Virus record (IMG/VR): IMGVR_UViG_3300024344_000001
DNA from: a virus
Lineage: Duplodnaviria > Heunggongvirae > Uroviricota > Caudoviricetes
DNA: 10,762 bases
Reading direction: 5' to 3' (one strand)
Made by a program: the position numbers and the translations under genes. The notes under the pieces are model-generated. The model ran no database searches, was not told where the DNA came from, and saw nothing but the letters and a program-made list of their open reading frames with translations. Shown piece by piece: positions 7,178 to 10,762 of this stretch; positions within the stretch are counted from its first letter, which is position 1, and every line of letters starts with the position of its first letter.

Positions 7178-7366
7178 TCACTCGTCGGCTTTAGCCTCCT
7201 CGGGGAACTTATAAGAGGAAGATTCAGTATGCCCATTAACCTCAAGAATACCAATTAAGATATTGCAACGATCTTGTAGGGCGGCGATTGTGGTATCCTT
7301 GGAGTCACATAGTTCCTCCAGTAGTCCTACCTTGATCTCCAGGGTCTCAACTAATATTTCTCTCAT
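7178..7366 (-). CDS. Hypothetical protein (62 aa)
   Basis: GGAG 9 nt before ATG 7366 (MREIL) is better than 7381. Confidence 0.65.
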   Translation of the reverse strand: MREILVETLEIKVGLLEELCDSKDTTIAALQDRCNILIGILEVNGHTESSSYKFPEEAKADE

Positions 7367-7433
7367 TACAAATTTCTCCATTTTGGCTGACTGTGGTCAA
7401 ACCGGCGTCTAGGGGAGGATCGCGTAAGACACG

Positions 7434-7625
7434 CTAGTCTATAGTATGAACTATTAAGTGATAGCACTGAACTACAGACATAGCGGCGGATGTAAACGAG
7501 ATACCAGCCGATACTTTTAGTACGATTGGCGGCAGTTCTTCAAAATCAGCGGTTAATATATGTCCTGCGAAAGTAAAGAACATAACACCAATAAACAAAT
7601 ACAACAAAGCTTTTGCAACAATCAT
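7434..7625 (-). CDS. Small two-TM membrane protein (63 aa)
   Basis: Two hydrophobic segments; TAATG coupling to the upstream gene. Confidence 0.7.
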   Translation of the reverse strand: MIVAKALLYLFIGVMFFTFAGHILTADFEELPPIVLKVSAGISFTSAAMSVVQCYHLIVHTID

Positions 7626-8050
7626 TAGTTGATCCTCATGATACTAAGAGGTCTATGTTTCCGACCACGAGTCCAGCAGTGAGCTTGGCCCTTAGTAACG
7701 GCGAGCATATGTCCACTGGTAATAACCAAGAACTTATGATCTGGGTTCAGGTCACGTTCACACTTTGACACGGATTTAGGGAGATTCCCAATTTCGCGAA
7801 CGTTGATTCCCAGTTCATCCAGGACGGCGAAAGTCACTGACCGTGGCGTAGGCTTCCTATGTTCCCTACCTTTGACAAGGAACAAAGTCCGAACATAACC
7901 ATATGACAGGCCGGATAGAATAGCCACGGCTTTAACACTACAGTCGTTCTGTTCGCCGTAATCAATCGATTCCTTGGCTACTCGCTTGAATTCTTCTGTC
8001 TGTTCTTTAGCGGCGACTGTTCGTGTTGTTGAAATGCGACTCTTCATCAT
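7625..8050 (-). CDS. Putative papain-like/peptidase C39-like fold protein (141 aa)
   Basis: EQNDCSVKAVAILSGLSY (Cys at helix start) and FLVITSGHMLAVTKG (His on strand) resemble a recurrent phage Cys/His family; fold is inferred. Confidence 0.55.
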   Translation of the reverse strand: MMKSRISTTRTVAAKEQTEEFKRVAKESIDYGEQNDCSVKAVAILSGLSYGYVRTLFLVKGREHRKPTPRSVTFAVLDELGINVREIGNLPKSVSKCERDLNPDHKFLVITSGHMLAVTKGQAHCWTRGRKHRPLSIMRIN

Positions 8051-8298
8051 TTACTCCCAAGGTACTGGTTTAACATGTAATCCACAAAATCCGATGTTAT
8101 CACTGGCTCGTCGCCAATGTCATCCATTTTTATACTTTTAACAAGAAAGAAGGGCGTTTTTGAAAGAGTATGATCTGTTCGCACATATACTTTCTTAGTG
8201 CTACTTAGATACATATCTCCGAACTTTATCCTCCTGTATTCGCCCGTATACTCAAATCCTTTTGGTAACTTAGGTAACTTGATACTGACTGTATCCAT
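8047..8298 (-). CDS. Hypothetical phage protein (83 aa)
   Basis: GAGG SD; LPKGFEYTGEYR pattern; ATGA coupling to the downstream gene. Confidence 0.75.
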   Translation of the reverse strand: MDTVSIKLPKLPKGFEYTGEYRRIKFGDMYLSSTKKVYVRTDHTLSKTPFFLVKSIKMDDIGDEPVITSDFVDYMLNQYLGSK

Positions 8299-8340
8299 AA
8301 AACTTCCTCATTATTAGTTTGCGATTTGTCTGTCTGGTAG

Positions 8341-8412
8341 AAGCGAACGAAGTGAGCTTAAATCGTATTAACGAAGTTGATTCGATTTTTCTTCGTCCTT
8401 CGGACTCGTCAG
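8341..8412. other. Cluster of C-GAA-G triloop hairpins with tandem GA mismatches
   Basis: Plus strand AAGC-GA-AC-GAA-GT-GA-GCTT (8341-8359) and AAATCGTATTAAC-GAA-GTTGATTCGATTT (8360-8388); minus strand GA-GTCC-GAA-GGAC-GA (8408-8394). Confidence 0.6.
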
Positions 8413-8509
8413 TTTATCTTACCGAACAGAGTTTTTAAGTTACAAAACACAAAATCACATGGCTTACGGGCAAAGCCCAAGTAAGCTATTTGAATGACTC
8501 TCACCTTAT

Positions 8510-8537
8510 ACTATACAGCCAAGAACCCATTTGTCTA
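8510..8537 (-). promoter_or_regulatory. Sigma70-like promoter
   Basis: TAGACA(8537-8532)-16 bp-TATAGT(8515-8510) in an intergenic gap. Confidence 0.7.
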
Positions 8538-8545
8538 GCACCAAA

Positions 8546-8565
8546 TCCGAATTTTTCCGAATTTT
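8546..8565. repeat. Tandem 10-bp repeat TCCGAATTTT x2 upstream of the -35 box (UP-element-like phased A-tracts)
   Basis: Exact repeat at 8546-8555 and 8556-8565. Confidence 0.7.
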
Positions 8566-8580
8566 CCCAAAATCGCCCCT

Positions 8581-8763
8581 TTAGGCGGTTTCGCAGACCT
8601 CGCACATTACCCAGTCTTCCATATCGATACGCTTCATGAGTCCCTGACCCACCAGCACGGCTACGATCTGCTCCTCAGCCCGCGTCAGGTCTTCCGCATC
8701 AATTCCATTTAACGCCCACGCAATTTCCTTCAGGGCGTCTTTATCAACTTTAACCAGGCTCAT
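8581..8763 (-). CDS. Hypothetical protein (60 aa)
   Basis: AAGGG SD before ATG 8763 (MSLVKVDK). Confidence 0.7.
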   Translation of the reverse strand: MSLVKVDKDALKEIAWALNGIDAEDLTRAEEQIVAVLVGQGLMKRIDMEDWVMCEVCETA

Positions 8764-8789
8764 CACATACCCTTTCTGCTGACAGTTCA

Positions 8790-8815
8790 ACAAATGACGT
8801 ATCCGAAGGGATACG
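8790..8815 (-). terminator. Possible weak intrinsic terminator or processing hairpin
   Basis: CGTATCC-CTTC-GGATACG followed by TCATTTGTT, just after stop 8823. Confidence 0.4.
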
Positions 8816-8822
8816 GTAAGAC

Positions 8823-9206
8823 TTACTTATCAAGAGCTAAGAAAAACTTAACTCTGTCATGTGGCATAACATAATTCTTACCGTTCTGGTTAGTAACGAT
8901 AATAGTATTCTTAGTAGCACGGGGCTTACATCCAAGAATAGTAAATACATCTTTACCACTCGAAAATGTGCGGCCCAGGTCACTCTCAGTCATACCATAG
9001 CGGCGACAGTAAAACTTAAAGTCTTCTGCTGCCTTGGAGCTTTGAGATCCATCAGCATTATCGGCGGCAATATCCAACTTTATTGTGAACACAGTATCCG
9101 TAAAACTACCACGCCCAAGGGATACACTAACGCCCTCATAATTAAATGCGGACATATGATTCTCCAGGGCCTCACGAATATCTTTACACTTAGCATGGTT
9201 CAACAT
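8823..9206 (-). CDS. Conserved phage hypothetical protein (127 aa)
   Basis: AAGG SD, directly behind promoter 9260-9287; YGMTESDLGRTF...GKNY resembles a recurrent phage pattern (recalled). Confidence 0.85.
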   Translation of the reverse strand: MLNHAKCKDIREALENHMSAFNYEGVSVSLGRGSFTDTVFTIKLDIAADNADGSQSSKAAEDFKFYCRRYGMTESDLGRTFSSGKDVFTILGCKPRATKNTIIVTNQNGKNYVMPHDRVKFFLALDK

Positions 9207-9259
9207 GACTTACCTTTCATTTGCTGACTATTAGATGATCGCCGTATCGGCTTCCTTTG

Positions 9260-9287
9260 AGTATACCACTCTATCAGTAAATGTCAA
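9260..9287 (-). promoter_or_regulatory. Sigma70-like promoter with extended -10
   Basis: TTGACA(9287-9282)-16 bp-TATACT(9265-9260), preceded by TGG. Confidence 0.85.
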
Positions 9288-9302
9288 GCGGCGTTTCGGA
9301 AA

Positions 9303-9331
9303 ATAACAAAAGTCGCTGGCTATGATATGAT
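9303..9331 (+). promoter_or_regulatory. Possible antisense promoter
   Basis: ATAACA(9303-9308)-17 bp-TATGAT(9326-9331), with TGn extension (TGA 9323-9325). Confidence 0.3.
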
Positions 9332-9360
9332 TGGTGTATCGGCCCCGTTGGGGCAGGACA

Positions 9361-9413
9361 GGGGTGAACAAATGTCCACCCCACACACGGCGGGGTGAAC
9401 ACATGGACACACC
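9361..9413. repeat. Two 22-bp imperfect palindromic direct repeats (period 31)
   Basis: GGGGTGAACAAATGTCCACCCC (9361-9382) and GGGGTGAACACATGGACACACC (9392-9413), 18/22 identical. Confidence 0.7.
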
Positions 9414-9472
9414 TACTTGCCACATTTCTGTGCTAGTAGTGCCAACAAAACGAGCAAACATAGTTGCGTCAT
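9413..9472 (-). CDS. 19-aa hydrophobic micro-peptide (type I toxin-like)
   Basis: Not in ORF track. AGGAG 8 nt before ATG; MTQLCLLVLLALLAQKCGK*; directly behind promoter 9519-9546. Confidence 0.55.
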   Translation of the reverse strand: MTQLCLLVLLALLAQKCGK

Positions 9473-9482
9473 AAACTCTTCT

Positions 9483-9656
9483 CCTAACCTTATGGGGCAC
9501 ACGGACTTACGTCTACTCATTGTACCATAAGATCAGGAATAGTCAACCCCTAGGGCGAGCGATTGTGAGATTCGTCGTAACGTGTTGGTATCATTGGACT
9601 TACGGCGAAGCGAAGGGCCGGGCCGGTCGTAACTCCTTACGTCGCAACTACTTACG
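9483..9656. repeat. Three 29-bp imperfect palindromes C(G/C)TAAC-N17-CTTACG
   Basis: 9483-9511 CCTAACCTTATGGGGCACACGGACTTACG; 9576-9604 CGTAACGTGTTGGTATCATTGGACTTACG; 9628-9656 CGTAACTCCTTACGTCGCAACTACTTACG. Confidence 0.75.
9519..9546 (-). promoter_or_regulatory. Sigma70-like promoter with extended -10
   Basis: TTGACT(9546-9541)-16 bp-TACAAT(9524-9519), preceded by TGG. Confidence 0.8.
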
Positions 9657-9837
9657 ACCAGTGATTGGTCGTGATGATCGGATGTTCACCAACAGGGATA
9701 TTTTGTAGGGTGAGAATCAATTCCTCCCTAGTCAGCGGTGCGGGTGACTTAGCTCCCCATATTAGGGTGACCAGTTCCGTGTCCCAGTCAATCAAAACCT
9801 GAAGATATTCGCCAGAATCAGAAGAAATATAATACAT
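9652..9837 (-). CDS. Hypothetical protein (61 aa)
   Basis: GGAG SD before ATG 9837 (MYYISSDS); the track's longer N-terminus runs through a terminator. Confidence 0.6.
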   Translation of the reverse strand: MYYISSDSGEYLQVLIDWDTELVTLIWGAKSPAPLTREELILTLQNIPVGEHPIITTNHWS

Positions 9838-9847
9838 GAGATTCTCC

Positions 9848-9889
9848 AAAAAAGAAAAACCCAGGGGGCACATAAAGCCACCCCTTGGG
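9848..9889 (-). terminator. Intrinsic terminator after the DUF932-like gene
   Basis: GC-rich stem CCCAAGGGGTGGC-TTTATGT-GCCCCCTGGG followed by TTTTTCTTTTTT. Confidence 0.8.
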
Positions 9890-9903
9890 CCACCACCAAC
9901 CAC

Positions 9904-10761
9904 TTACGCAGACAGTGCCAATCCTTCAGCCTTGAGAACCTCGGTTGAGCTACCCGCCTTGAGGATTCTATCGAATGACGTGTTGAACGCCGTTCGACGT
10001 GTTGACTGATGCTGAGTCCAACCCTGAACAGCGTTGTACGCTTCCCAGGCAGACACAACACCGACACCGTTTGACAAGTCTCGACCTGTCTTCTGTCGTT
10101 CGTTCCACAGTCGGTCAAAGATTTCTTGAGTACGATTGCGGTGAATCGTAACCTCTCGAACACTCTCACCAGCAGCAGCACGACCGAGATTCTCAGCCGA
10201 AGGCTGACCATAAACTTCATTCAAGAAGTCGGCCATATTAACTTGTCGTCTTTCCATCTGATCGATAACATCAGTCAGAGTAGACCAACCATTTTTCAAC
10301 AGGTTGAACTGTTCGACCAGTGTATCCATCTGGACACGCAGACCGGATGTGTGACGAATGGAAACAGCAAGGCCGGAAACCTTACGCATCCATGACAGGT
10401 TCAGGCAGGCATCGCGGTAGTAACCCAAGATAGCCTTGAAACCCCTGCCATCGAAACCACCGGACACCATGAACCGTGGCCAGATATTATCCGCACCATT
10501 GTAGATGGATCGGCGGAAGCCGTCAGTCGGAGCGATGGACACATAGTGACCATTGCGGAAGTGACACTGCAAATTGACTTCGCAGTCAAACGCATGTTGT
10601 GCGGCTTCACACAAGGCGGTCACGTCATCAGTCGTATGCGGCACATACCGCGAACTGATCGACTTGACACCTTCCAGGTAGCCGGTGTCAGAACGGAACA
10701 AACCGTACTGATCGGTCGGCATGTTGTCGGGACCGAACAGCGGAAACTTATCGACTGCGAA
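9904..10761 (-). CDS. DUF932/DUF945-like phage/plasmid protein, 5'-truncated by window edge
   Basis: The frame stays open upstream of ATG 10722 (FAVDKFPLFGPDNMPTDQYGLFRSD). The pattern YGLFRSD, SRYVPH, G-x-DG, YRDACLNL, SIRHT, SAWEAYNAVQGW is typical of the family (recalled). Confidence 0.7.
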   Translation of the reverse strand, partial: FAVDKFPLFGPDNMPTDQYGLFRSDTGYLEGVKSISSRYVPHTTDDVTALCEAAQHAFDCEVNLQCHFRNGHYVSIAPTDGFRRSIYNGADNIWPRFMVSGGFDGRGFKAILGYYRDACLNLSWMRKVSGLAVSIRHTSGLRVQMDTLVEQFNLLKNGWSTLTDVIDQMERRQVNMADFLNEVYGQPSAENLGRAAAGESVREVTIHRNRTQEIFDRLWNERQKTGRDLSNGVGVVSAWEAYNAVQGWTQHQSTRRTAFNTSFDRILKAGSSTEVLKAEGLALSA

Positions 10762-10762
10762 G

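Noticed and set aside
8390-8412. Hammerhead-like core CTGACGA-GTCC-GAA-GGAC-GAAG on the minus strand
   Set aside because: It has GAAG rather than GAAA, and I could not build stems I and III with an NUH site. Kept only as a GA-closed hairpin.
9231-9500. 89-aa ORF from the track
   Set aside because: No SD; it runs through hairpins and a clear promoter. The 19-aa ORF in another frame has a much better SD.
9361-9656. Repeats read as a CRISPR array
   Set aside because: Only 2-3 degenerate copies with irregular or too-short spacing, and no cas genes.
322-10395. All plus-strand ORFs in the track
   Set aside because: They are antisense to better-supported genes or promoters, lack convincing SDs and show no recognisable motifs.
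9792-10610. Minus-strand ORFs 9792..10220 and 10401..10610
   Set aside because: Alternative frames within the DUF932-like gene; the first also crosses the terminator.
1-10762. Stop-codon reassignment
   Set aside because: TAA, TAG and TGA all end genes at tight junctions, and recognisable domains are unbroken, consistent with the standard code.

Overview
Gene-dense segment of a large lytic-type bacteriophage genome, most likely an early or host-takeover region. All credible genes (about 30, mostly short hypotheticals) lie on the minus strand, many coupled by ATGA/TGATATG/TAGATG junctions, and five sigma70-like promoters face the same way. Recognisable products are a RelA/SpoT-type HD hydrolase (small alarmone hydrolase), an Ogg-like HhH DNA glycosylase, a DUF932/DUF945-like protein cut by the window edge, a tandem double zinc-ribbon protein, a tandem paralog pair and a putative Cys/His peptidase-fold protein. 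Reading outside the ORF track adds four ORFs: a prepilin-like gene at the left edge, a 19-aa hydrophobic micro-ORF with its own promoter and a possible antisense promoter, a 30-aa remnant and a 38-aa acidic ORF. It also reveals three 29-bp CGTAA...TTACG imperfect palindromes and clusters of GAA-triloop hairpins. No tRNA, rRNA, CRISPR array, integrase or structural genes were seen. A Planctomycetota/PVC-like host is a guess only. Family assignments come from recalled motifs, not from searches.
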